Shown: positions 1-9,310 of the stretch, in pieces
Numbering within the stretch: position 1 is the stretch's first letter
Layout: every line of letters starts with the position of its first letter
Source of the DNA: Eledone cirrhosa
Lineage: Eukaryota
Assembly (NCBI GenBank): GCA_964016885.1
Contig: OZ024750.1
Coordinates: forward strand, 39,618,001 to 39,682,000
Length of the DNA stretch: 64,000 nt
Direction of reading: 5' to 3'
The notes under the pieces: generated by a model
What the model saw: only the letters and a program-made list of their open reading frames with translations
Database searches by the model: none
Told to the model about the DNA's origin: nothing
Translations under genes and position numbers: made by a program

Positions 1-691
1 CCGTCAGCCGAGCATGTCCGAGATGCGCGCAGGGCGACGAAACCGTCCTGCACGCACTCGTCCAGTGTCCGAAAATTGCTGACTTGTGGGTTTATGTCGA
101 ACACCTGCTGTCGCGTTTAGGACGGATCCAGCTATCATCTGAGTCTATCGTGAGGATTGCCCCGCCCTCCTCCTTTAGCCGGGAAGGGCAGGCAGTTTTT
201 ATCTGTCTGGTGGCCATGGCGAAAGAGATAGTATGGTGGACACGTTTGAAAGGGCTGAAGACGAGCACTTACCTCTTCGGTGATGCTCTGATTGACTTTT
301 TCAAATTTCATTTGAAAAGGAAAATCAGAGTAGAGAGGGAAGTGCTCTCTTCCCAGCATTTTGTTGAAAGATGGGTGAGAGAAGCAAGAATGGCCCGAGT
401 GAATGGGCCGACTCTGAGTATATATCTGTAAACTAAAGGTGGAAAACTGGGAGAGGGCACTTGCCTTGGTGGTCAGGGTCATTGTGGCTTTTTACTGGGC
501 TTTCTCCACAAATGTCCCTCCGAAGTCTCCCCCCTATTGGGGAATTTTTCATTGTTATTTTCATTGTTATTTTTGTTACATCCTCTGTTTTTGTTTTTTT
601 ACACGCAGAAATGCCCATTTGTACCGCCCTGCATTGTCCTGCACTGTCCTTAATGTCTACTTTATGTAAACCCTTGTGGTTAATAAAGAAA

Positions 692-693
<2 letters not shown>
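1..693 (+). mobile_element. Tx1/L1-clade LINE copy 0 (3' end only; runs off the window start)
   Basis: Nearly identical to the ORF2 C-terminus and 3'UTR of the downstream copies; ends ...TAATAAAGAAATC before (ATT)n. Confidence 0.95.
3..431 (+). CDS. ORF2 C-terminal part of copy 0 (zinc-finger region), 5'-partial
   Basis: Translates as ...CPRCAQGDETVLHALVQC...NGPTLSIYL*, the same as the end of the 1139-aa ORF2. Confidence 0.9.
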   Translation, partial: VSRACPRCAQGDETVLHALVQCPKIADLWVYVEHLLSRLGRIQLSSESIVRIAPPSSFSREGQAVFICLVAMAKEIVWWTRLKGLKTSTYLFGDALIDFFKFHLKRKIRVEREVLSSQHFVERWVREARMARVNGPTLSIYL

Positions 694-723
<30 letters not shown>

Positions 724-733
724 GTTATTATTA
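694..733 (+). repeat. (ATT)n linker/tail with one GTT variant
   Basis: Direct reading. Confidence 0.95.
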
Positions 734-906
734 AAGGGCGGTGGATTGGCAGAATCGGTAGAGGGTCGGACGCCATGCTTTCCAGCATAACTACGTCCCT
801 TTACGGTCTGAGTTCAAATCACGTCGAAGTTAACTTACGGGGTCGATAAAATAAAGTACCAGTAATGCACTGAGTAATTGCTGGCCTTGTGACAAAGGTA
901 GAAACA
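734..906 (+). mobile_element. tRNA-derived SINE with (ATT)n tail
   Basis: Pol III A-box-like TGGCAGAATCGG and B-box-like GAGTTCAAATC; GGGGTCGATAAAATAAAGTACCAG body; ends CCTTGTG..AGAAACA(ATT)n; identical copy at 13031 and diverged copies near 49938 and 50800. Confidence 0.8.
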
Positions 907-930
907 ATTATTATTATTATTATTATTATT
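907..930 (+). repeat. (ATT)8 linker
   Basis: Direct reading. Confidence 0.95.
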
Positions 931-1143
931 GAATGCCATGGTTGACGGAGGCTCGGCTCTGTAAGGTATAGTAATTTTTAACCCTTAAAACAATTGTAAA
1001 TTGTTTAAAACTTGAACCAAATTGTTGATAAAGACACCCTCCTCCTCGTGAGAGGGGTCTTTCTGTCCGTTATTTGGCCCTTCGGGGTTAAATAATCAGT
1101 TATTGGGGTTTTGTACCCAAAATTTCATTTTAAACAAAAAAAC

Positions 1144-3243
1144 ATGGCTACCAAAAAAAAAAAATTTCATACGTCACTCCCACTCATTCCGTCTTCTTCT
1201 TCCTCAATCATCACTACAGGAGAGAGAAGATTGTCTCTCTCCCTCCCTTCTTTAAATGTGTCTCTCTCCCTACCTTCTCTTTCGCAAGCCACGAAAGAAA
1301 AGAAAAGTCTCGTGCAAAGCGTGCAAGGTTTCTCCACGACGACGACGACAGCGACGAAACAGGTGTGCGGGAAATACGAAAACCCAGTTCATTCGTCTGA
1401 CGTCAGGAATAATAGCAGTAGCAGCCGTAATAACAACAGCAACAGTGACAATGAAAACAACAGTAGCAGCCGCAACAGCATCACCAGCAGCATAAACAAC
1501 AACAGCATTAGCAGCAGCAACACCAACAACAACCACAGCAACAGCGGCGGAGGCAGTAGTCGTAGTACCTGCAGCAACAACAAAAGTACCAGCAGCTCTG
1601 ACGACAACAACAACAGCAGAGAAAAACCAATCTCATTTGCAGGTATTGCGAAAAACCTGGAAACAATCCTCATAACAAATGAGGAATTAGAGGAAGCGAA
1701 GAAGATGGTGACAAAGAACGGACACCGAGCAATCTGCAAGGCAGCGAAAAATTTTTTCGAAACCCAAGAGCACTGTACGGTCACGTACCGTACAGTAAGT
1801 ACAAAATCCCGTAGGGTGGAAAGAGCCACAGAGGCCCAAATACAAAAAGCCTTGGGGTCTGTGTGGCAGAGGAAAACGCACATCACCCGAGGCAAAAAAT
1901 ACGCCACCGTAGACGTACTTTTTGCCACACCCCAGGAGGCAAAGGCCCAATCAGTAGTGACCCTAAGGAGCGAGGAAATGGTGTTGGTGCCCTCCTACTG
2001 CGGGCAAAAAATTGTGAGGGTCAAACTGACCCACGTCCCCCCCGGAATGACCCCTTCTTGGCTGGCCGCGTCTGTCCTCGTCGGAATCGAGGACAAAACA
2101 ACTGTACTGCAAGTACAGAAAAAAGTAAGAGAAGATTGGGTCGGCTCCTCCATTGAGATGCTAATCCAAACCAACCAGGAGTGCATCGAAGCTATCCCGG
2201 ATGTGATAGACTTCGATAACGGCACTCAACTGCCCATAAGTGTTGAGGGCAAACGCCCGAAATGCTTTCGCTGTGGATCGAAGACTCACCTCAGGGCCTT
2301 CTGCAACGAGAAGACCCTGAGAAAGGAGAAAACCCCCCTCCTCCCGAATCCGGTTCCACGGCTACCAGCAACAGGACAAGCGGCAACCAGGAACGATAGG
2401 TCCGTGGCACCCATACCCACTCCACGGAAATCAAAGACAGCAGCAGCAGTGGAAATATTAACAACAACAACAGCAATACCAAATGCAGCTGCAACAGAGA
2501 CTCCAGTGCAAACATCACCAACAACAACAAGTGAAAGAGTGGAGCTGGTACCCCTCCCCGACCTTACAGAATCAGACATGGAGTGTGAGGTGGGAGAGGG
2601 ATGGCAAAAGGTCTCAAGAAGGCACAAACGCAGAAGCAGCGCATCGTCGCCTTTGAAAAGGGAGGAAAGAAATGAGAAAAGGGTAAAGTCTACTGCAAAG
2701 AGACCCACAGCAGCAACACCACCAACACCATCACCACCCACACCAGCACCACCATCACCACCGGCGACAACCCCACCGCCAACAACACCTTCAACACCAC
2801 CACCACAAGCACCAACATCGCAAACACAACAACAAAACACACACACCCAGCAACAACGACAAGAAAATAGCAGAACCACACCCCACCCCCAGAAAAACAA
2901 ATGCACGGCAATAAACACACACAACAAGAAACTAATGACTTACATAATTGAACACACAGACATTTCACAACAGGACTACATAATACCAGCACCAATCAAA
3001 ACGCCAACTAACATAAGACTGCTAAAAATAGCACAGAAACAATACACAAACATTAAAACGAAATTTCCCAACGCAGTTGGTGATTTCAGGGACCTAGGAG
3101 GAACCATTAATCGAAGAGTATATTCAGACATTCTCTTAGAAGAGCCGACGACCAGCCGAAGGGACGATTCAACGGTCCCTTCACCAGACGATCAAGTGAA
3201 AAGGGATGTAAAAACCATCCCTCCTCTACCAAAAATACGGTAA
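1144..3243 (+). CDS. LINE ORF1p (gag-like nucleic-acid-binding protein with a single CCHC zinc knuckle)
   Basis: ATG at 1144 is conserved in all copies; CFRCGSKTHLRAFC = CX2CX4HX4C; N/S-rich N-terminus; P/T-rich C-terminus with basic RRHKRR. Confidence 0.9.
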   Translation: MATKKKKFHTSLPLIPSSSSSIITTGERRLSLSLPSLNVSLSLPSLSQATKEKKSLVQSVQGFSTTTTTATKQVCGKYENPVHSSDVRNNSSSSRNNNSNSDNENNSSSRNSITSSINNNSISSSNTNNNHSNSGGGSSRSTCSNNKSTSSSDDNNNSREKPISFAGIAKNLETILITNEELEEAKKMVTKNGHRAICKAAKNFFETQEHCTVTYRTVSTKSRRVERATEAQIQKALGSVWQRKTHITRGKKYATVDVLFATPQEAKAQSVVTLRSEEMVLVPSYCGQKIVRVKLTHVPPGMTPSWLAASVLVGIEDKTTVLQVQKKVREDWVGSSIEMLIQTNQECIEAIPDVIDFDNGTQLPISVEGKRPKCFRCGSKTHLRAFCNEKTLRKEKTPLLPNPVPRLPATGQAATRNDRSVAPIPTPRKSKTAAAVEILTTTTAIPNAAATETPVQTSPTTTSERVELVPLPDLTESDMECEVGEGWQKVSRRHKRRSSASSPLKREERNEKRVKSTAKRPTAATPPTPSPPTPAPPSPPATTPPPTTPSTPPPQAPTSQTQQQNTHTQQQRQENSRTTPHPQKNKCTAINTHNKKLMTYIIEHTDISQQDYIIPAPIKTPTNIRLLKIAQKQYTNIKTKFPNAVGDFRDLGGTINRRVYSDILLEEPTTSRRDDSTVPSPDDQVKRDVKTIPPLPKIR

Positions 3244-3278
3244 GTGGTCTTTCCCATCTTTTCCACTCTATTTTAAAC

Positions 3279-6200
3279 ATGACCTCACTCAGAATAGGCA
3301 GCATAAATGCGCGTGGCTTGGGGTCGTCATGGAAGCAGGGTCACCTGCTCAACGACCTCAGGTCACTAAACATAGATGTAGTGGCCATCAGCGAGACCAG
3401 AATCTCCGAAGCACGGGCCTTCGCACCGATCTTCGGCGGCTACGATGTGTACGCATCTCCCAGCCGTCCTGGATCCGGTGGAGGAGTTGCTGTACTTTTT
3501 CGGAGAGGTTTGGATCTCGCCATACGGGCCATCTTCCTGGACCCAGAGGGTAAGCTGGTGGTGCTGGACGTGACCAGCGGAGACGGGCAAGCTTTCAGGC
3601 TAGTGGCCGTCTATGCCCCGACAGGAGCAGGGCGGCCTGATTTCTTCCGGCGTCTGGAGACCTTTCTTGGAACGTCCCGCTCTTTAGTGTTAGTGGGCGA
3701 CTGGAACGGGATCTTAGATGCACGCTGGGACTGTGTGGGATTAGCGGATAGGGGTGGAGGGTGCAAGAGCCTCACCAACCTGCTCAGGCGTTTTGAACTG
3801 TCTGACAGGTACCGATTGGATTTCCCGAATGTGCCAATGTGGACTTGGACAAACCGCATAGGGTCATCCAGATCATATCTAGATAGAGTATTTTGTAGGG
3901 AAATAGATAGGTCTAGCATAGGCTGTCCACAATTCAAGATAGTCAGCTACACGGACCACAAATTCGTGATCTGTGTGCTTGACTTAGATAGGCTTCATAG
4001 ACGAGGACCCGGCTACTGGAAGCTAAACGCGTCCTTACCAGCGCGCAAGGCCTACAGAGACCGGATTAGCGAACTAGTTAAGCGGGCGTTGACGGGGGCC
4101 ATCGTCAACAACAAGTGGTGGTTTGCTCTGAAAAGAGCGATTAGAATAGAATCGATTAGGTTTAGTAAGGCTTTAGCAATAGAGAAAAATAGAGCAGAGG
4201 GAGAACTAGTTAGAAAATTAGACGAGGCGCTTAGCAAAGGCATTGCGACCGACGTGCTTGCGGCGAAATTGGCCCTTGACCAATTCTTCAATGCAAAGCA
4301 CGAAGGCTGCGTTGTCAGAGCTAGGGTGCGTGCTCTCAGACACGAGGGGACGAAAGCCGTTCAATGGGCCCGAGTGGCGGAGGCGCGTCGTGGCAACAAA
4401 GCCGCGATCCGGTCTTTGGTGGACCACGACGGGCGCATGCTACTCGATCCCGGGCAAATGTGTGAAACTTTTCAGCGACACTTCGCTCAGCTGTTCGGGG
4501 GCAGCGGGGGGCCGGGTAGAGGGATGGACTTTAGTGTCTACCTCGACGGGCTGCCGCGGCTCTCGGCCACTGAGGCGAGGTGTTGCGAAAAGCCGATAAC
4601 AGCCGCTGAAGTACGGGAGGCAATGACTGGCTGCACAAGGGGTAAATCGCCTGGTTTGGATGGTCTGCCCTATGAACTTTACGTACAGATGCCAGACTTG
4701 TTCGGAGGCCTCTTGGCGGACGTCTACTGCAACTGGCAACAGAACGGGAGAATTCCCAGTTCTGTGAGCCGAGGAGCGGTGGCACTGCTGAGAAAGGATC
4801 CGAACAAGGGGGATAACATAGACAATTTCCGGCCCATAACTCTGCTAAACACAGAGTTTAAGATTTTGGCCAAGGTGCTAGCAAAGAGGTTGGCGCTTGT
4901 CGTTGGTGGTCTGGTGGGAGAGGCGCAGACATGCGCCATTCCCGACAGATCCATCCACGACAACCTCCACCTCATGCGATACATCGTAGAGAGGGTAGCT
5001 AGGGAACCTGGCACGGGTGGGTCCTTGATCAATTTAGATCAGTCGAAAGCTTTCGATAGGGTCGACCATCGTTACCTAGCGGCAGTCCTGAGGGCGGCTG
5101 GCTTTGGGCCCGTCTTCAGAGGCTGGATCGCTGCCATGCACAGCGACATCTGCTCTGTGGTGAGAGTGAACGGTCACCTGTCGGAACCGTTCAACATCAT
5201 GCGCTCGGTCCGCCAAGGATGTCCCCTCTCGTCCCTCTTGTACGTATTGACTCTCGAGCCATTACTGCACAAACTGGAGACGTTGAGGGGAGTCCCGCGC
5301 GAACTAGGATGCGGAAGATCCGTGTCAGCATATGCGGACGATGTCACCGTAGTGGTGTCGAACGCCAAACACATCGAGGCGATCGGCACTACACTAAGAG
5401 AATACGAAGCGGTGACAGGAGCAATGATCAACCAGGAAAAGTCAGTGGGCCTGCAGCTCGGCACCTGGAGAGGCAGGTCCATGCCGTCCAACAGCGTCGT
5501 CGGGCGCTGGACGGACGGACCGGTTAAATTGCTAGGGGTCTGGTTCGGTCCGGACCTCCAGACGGACAAAAACTGGGACGAGGTGACGAGCAGGGTGGCT
5601 TCTCTCACCCAGAAATGGGCGGAGAGGAAGCTATCCCTGAAAGGTCGAGCGGAGGTGGCTAACGCGTACATCGCGTCTGTCATCTGCTACCGCCTAACCG
5701 TCGTACCTTGTCCTAAGCCTCGCCTGACTGCGCTGGAGCGTTTGCTCTTTCGCTTTTTGTGGAAGGGACGTGCTCCGATGGTCAGGCGGTCCATCTGTTG
5801 TCAACACCCGCTACGTGGAGGGCTGGGCATGCCGTGGCTGATGATGCGCAGGCACGCGCTCAGGCTACGACATCTCCACCTCTTCCTCGACGGTGATCAG
5901 GTGTGGTCGCCGTTTGCTAGACGCGTTTTTCCCCAGCTCGTTTCCTTGACGGAGCTGCAGTCCTGGGTCAAGCGAAGACCGAGAGGGAGCGCCTGGAGAC
6001 TGGAATGTCTTCAGGCGCTCACAGCCCTCGACCAATCGGGCAATGTGATCGGTGGAAACTCCACCTCGGCGTTCTATAGAGGATTAGTGGAGGGGAAGAG
6101 CGACGACGTACTTGGGGAAACTCTAGGCGTCGACGAAAATCAACTAGCCAATCTCTTCGGAAGAACTTTCGGGCCAGGGCCTATGGACAACTTCCAGAAA

Positions 6201-6698
6201 TCTCTGGCCTGGCAGTGCTACCGAGGAGCCTTGCCAGTTCGGGATAAACTCTACAGGCATGGAGGTGCCGTCAGCCGGGCATGTCCGAGATGCGCGCAGG
6301 GCGACGAAACCGTCCTGCACGCACTCGTCCAGTGTCCGAAAATTGCTGACTTGTGGGTTTATGTCGAACACCTGCTGTCGCGTTTAGGACGGATCCAGCT
6401 ATCATCTGAGTCCATCGTGAGGATTGCCCCGCCCTCCTCCTTTAGCCGGGAAGGGCAGGCAGTTTTTATCTGTCTGGTGGCCATGGCGAAAGAGATAGTA
6501 TGGTGGACACGTTTGAAAGGGCTGAAGACGAGCACTTACCTCTTCGGTGATGCTCTGATTGACTTTTTCAAATTTCATTTGAAAAGGAAAATCAGAGTAG
6601 AGAGGGAAGTGCTCTCTTCCCAGCATTTTGTTGAAAGATGGGTGAGAGAAGCAAGAATGGCCCGAGTGAATGGGCCGACTCTGAGTATATATCTGTAA
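3279..6698 (+). CDS. LINE ORF2p, 1139 aa: APE endonuclease, reverse transcriptase and C-terminal zinc finger
   Basis: APE motifs SINARGL, ISET, VYAP, GDWN, YLDR, TDH; GPGYWKLN; RT motifs KSPGLDG, FRPITLLN, DQSKAFDRV, RQGCPLS, YADD; CPRC..H...C. Confidence 0.97.
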   Translation: MTSLRIGSINARGLGSSWKQGHLLNDLRSLNIDVVAISETRISEARAFAPIFGGYDVYASPSRPGSGGGVAVLFRRGLDLAIRAIFLDPEGKLVVLDVTSGDGQAFRLVAVYAPTGAGRPDFFRRLETFLGTSRSLVLVGDWNGILDARWDCVGLADRGGGCKSLTNLLRRFELSDRYRLDFPNVPMWTWTNRIGSSRSYLDRVFCREIDRSSIGCPQFKIVSYTDHKFVICVLDLDRLHRRGPGYWKLNASLPARKAYRDRISELVKRALTGAIVNNKWWFALKRAIRIESIRFSKALAIEKNRAEGELVRKLDEALSKGIATDVLAAKLALDQFFNAKHEGCVVRARVRALRHEGTKAVQWARVAEARRGNKAAIRSLVDHDGRMLLDPGQMCETFQRHFAQLFGGSGGPGRGMDFSVYLDGLPRLSATEARCCEKPITAAEVREAMTGCTRGKSPGLDGLPYELYVQMPDLFGGLLADVYCNWQQNGRIPSSVSRGAVALLRKDPNKGDNIDNFRPITLLNTEFKILAKVLAKRLALVVGGLVGEAQTCAIPDRSIHDNLHLMRYIVERVAREPGTGGSLINLDQSKAFDRVDHRYLAAVLRAAGFGPVFRGWIAAMHSDICSVVRVNGHLSEPFNIMRSVRQGCPLSSLLYVLTLEPLLHKLETLRGVPRELGCGRSVSAYADDVTVVVSNAKHIEAIGTTLREYEAVTGAMINQEKSVGLQLGTWRGRSMPSNSVVGRWTDGPVKLLGVWFGPDLQTDKNWDEVTSRVASLTQKWAERKLSLKGRAEVANAYIASVICYRLTVVPCPKPRLTALERLLFRFLWKGRAPMVRRSICCQHPLRGGLGMPWLMMRRHALRLRHLHLFLDGDQVWSPFARRVFPQLVSLTELQSWVKRRPRGSAWRLECLQALTALDQSGNVIGGNSTSAFYRGLVEGKSDDVLGETLGVDENQLANLFGRTFGPGPMDNFQKSLAWQCYRGALPVRDKLYRHGGAVSRACPRCAQGDETVLHALVQCPKIADLWVYVEHLLSRLGRIQLSSESIVRIAPPSSFSREGQAVFICLVAMAKEIVWWTRLKGLKTSTYLFGDALIDFFKFHLKRKIRVEREVLSSQHFVERWVREARMARVNGPTLSIYL

Positions 6699-6948
6699 AC
6701 TAAAGGTGGAAAACTGGGAGAGGGCACTTGCCTTGGTGGTCAGGGTCATTGTGGCTTTTTACTGGGCTTTCTCCACAAATGTCCCTCCGAAGTCTCCCCC
6801 CTATTGGGGAATTTTTCATTGTTATTTTCATTGTTATTTTTGTTACATCCTCTGTTTTTGTTTTTTTACACGCAGAAATGCCCATTTGTACCGTCCTGCA
6901 TTGTCCTGCACTGTCCTTAATGTCTACTTTATGTAAACCCTTGTGGTT

Positions 6949-6954
6949 AATAAA
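6949..6954 (+). promoter_or_regulatory. AATAAA polyadenylation-signal-like motif at the LINE 3' end (present in every complete 3' end)
   Basis: 6 nt upstream of the (ATT)n tail. Confidence 0.5.
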
Positions 6955-6960
6955 GAAATC

Positions 6961-6981
6961 ATTATTATTATTATTATTATT
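6961..6981 (+). repeat. (ATT)7 linker
   Basis: Direct reading. Confidence 0.95.
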
Positions 6982-7196
6982 GAATGCCATGGTTGACGGA
7001 GGCTCGGCTCTGTAAGGTATAGTAATTTTTAACCGTTAAAACAATTGTAAATTGTTTAAAACTTGAACCAAATTGTTGATAAAGACACCCTCCTCCTCGT
7101 GAGAGGGGTCTTTCTGTCCGTTATTTGGCCCTTCGGGGTTAAATAACCAGTTATTGGGGTTTTGTACCCAAAATTTCATTTTAAACAAAAAACAAC

Positions 7197-9275
7197 ATGG
7201 CTACGAAAAAGAAATTTCATACGTCACTCCCACTCATTCCGTCTTCTTCTTCCTCAATCATCACTACAGCAGAGAGAAGATTGTCTCTCTCCCTCCCTTC
7301 TTTAAATGTGTCTCTCTCCCTCCCTTCTCTTTCGCAAGTGACGAAAGAAAAGAAAAGTCTCGTGCAAAGCGTGCAAGGTTTCTCCACGACGACGACGACA
7401 GCGACGAAACAGGTGTGCGGGAAATACGAAAACCCAGTTCATTCGTCTGACGTCAGGAATAATAGCAGTAGCAGCCGTAATAACAACAGCAACAGTGACA
7501 ATGAAAACAACAGTAGCAGCCGCAACAGCATCACCAGCAGCATAAACAACAACAGCATTAGCAGCAGCAACACCAACAACAACCACAGCAACAGCGGCGG
7601 AGGCAGTAGTCGTAGTACCTGCAGCAACAACAAAAGTACCAGCAGCTCTGACGACAACAACAACAGCAGAGAAAAACCAATCTCATTTGCAGGTATTGCG
7701 AAAAACTTGGAAACAATCCTCATAACAAATGAGGAATTAGAGGAAGCGAAGAAGATGGTGACAAAGAACGGACACCGAGCAATCTGCAAGGCAGCGAAAA
7801 ATTTTTTCGAAACCCAAGAGCACTGTACGGTCACGTACCGTACAGTAAGTACAAAATCCCGTAGGGTGGAAAGAGCCACAGAGGCCCAAATACAAAAAGC
7901 CTTAGGGTCTGTGTGGCAGCGGAAAACGCACATCACCCGAGGCAAAAAATATGCCACCGTAGACGTACTTTTTGCCACACCCCAGGAGGCAAAGGCCCAA
8001 TCAGTAGTGACCCTAAGGAGCGAGGAAATGGTGTTGGTGCCCTCCTACTGTGGGCAAAAAATTGTGAGGGTCAAACTGACCCACGTCCCCCCCGGAATGA
8101 CCCCTTCTTGGCTGGCCGCGTCTGTCCTCGTCGGAATCGAGGACAAAACAACTGTACTGCAAGTACAGAAAAAAGTAAGAGAAGATTGGGTCGGCTCCTC
8201 CATTGAGATGCTAATCCAAACCAACCAGGAGTGCATCGAAGCTATCCCGGATGTGATAGACTTCGATAACGGCACTCAACTGCCCATAAGTGTTGAGGGC
8301 AAACGCCCGAAATGCTTTCGCTGTGGATCGAAGACCCACCTCAGGGCCTTCTGAAACGAGAAGACCCTGAGAAAGGAGAAAACCCCCCTCCTTCCGAATC
8401 CGGCTCCACGGCTACCAGCAACAGGACAAGCGGCAACCAGGAACGATAGGCCCGTGGCACCCATACCCACTCCACGGAAATCAAAAACAGCAGCAGCAGT
8501 GGAAATACTAACAACAACAACAGCAATACCAAATGCAGCTGCAACAGAGACTCCAGTGCAAACATCACCAACAACAAGTGAAAGAGTGGAGCTGGTACCC
8601 CTCCCCGACCTCACAGAATCAGACATGGAGTGTGAGGTGGGAGAGGGATGGCAAAAGGTCGTAAGAAGGCACAAACGCAGAAGCAGCGCATCGTCGCCTT
8701 TGAAAAGGGAGGAAAGAAATGAGAAAAGGGTAAAGTCTACTGCAAAGAGACCCACAGCAGCAACAACACCAACACCATCACCACCCACACTAGCACCACC
8801 ATCACCACCGCCAACAACACCTTTAACACCACCACCACAAGCACCAACATCGCAAACACAACAACAAAACACACACACCCAGCAACAACGACAAGAAAAT
8901 AGCAGAACCACACCCCACCCCCAGAAAAACAAATGCACGGCAATAAATACACACAACAAGAAACTAATGACTTACATAATTGAACACACAGACATTTCAC
9001 AACAGGACTACATAATACCAGCACCAATCAAAACGCCAACTAACATAAGACTGCTAAAAATAGCACAGAAACAATACACAAATATTAAAACGAAATTCCC
9101 CAACGCAGTTGGTGATTTCAGGGACCTAGGAGGAACCATCAATCGAAGAGTATACTCAGACATTCTCTTAGAAGAGCCGACGACCAGCCGAAGGGACGAT
9201 TCAACGGTCCCTTCACCAGACGATCAAGTGAAAAGGGATGTAAAAACCATCCCTCCTCTACCAAAAGTACGGTAA
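7197..9275 (+). pseudogene. ORF1 of copy 2 with premature TGA at 8352-8354
   Basis: TGC>TGA at the last Cys of the zinc knuckle. Confidence 0.9.
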
Positions 9276-9310
9276 GTGGTCTTTCCCATCTTTTCCACTC
9301 TATTTTAAAC

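Larger units (their letters stand above)
931..6960 (+). mobile_element. Full-length Tx1/L1-clade non-LTR retrotransposon copy 1 (both ORFs intact)
   Basis: 5' end GAATGCCATGG, ~210-bp 5'UTR, ORF1, 35-nt spacer, ORF2, ~260-bp 3'UTR with AATAAA; flanked by (ATT)n. Confidence 0.95.

Noticed and set aside
1030-1062. CCTCCTCGTG in the LINE 5'UTR resembles the L3 loop of HDV-like ribozymes
   Set aside because: I could not build the P1/P1.1/P2 nested pseudoknot. The segment forms a simple hairpin ~100 nt inside the 5' end, and copy 5 has a substitution in it.
1111-1143. TTG-initiated extension of ORF1 (710 aa) in copy 1
   Set aside because: Not in frame in the other copies; the conserved start is the ATG at 1144.
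1256-6990. Antisense and alternate-frame ORFs overlapping ORF1, ORF2 and the 3'UTR (e.g. 2286-2927, 5174-5683, 6706-6936)
   Set aside because: Shadows of low-complexity or GC-rich coding sequence; the 3'UTR ORFs change frame between copies through a T-run indel.
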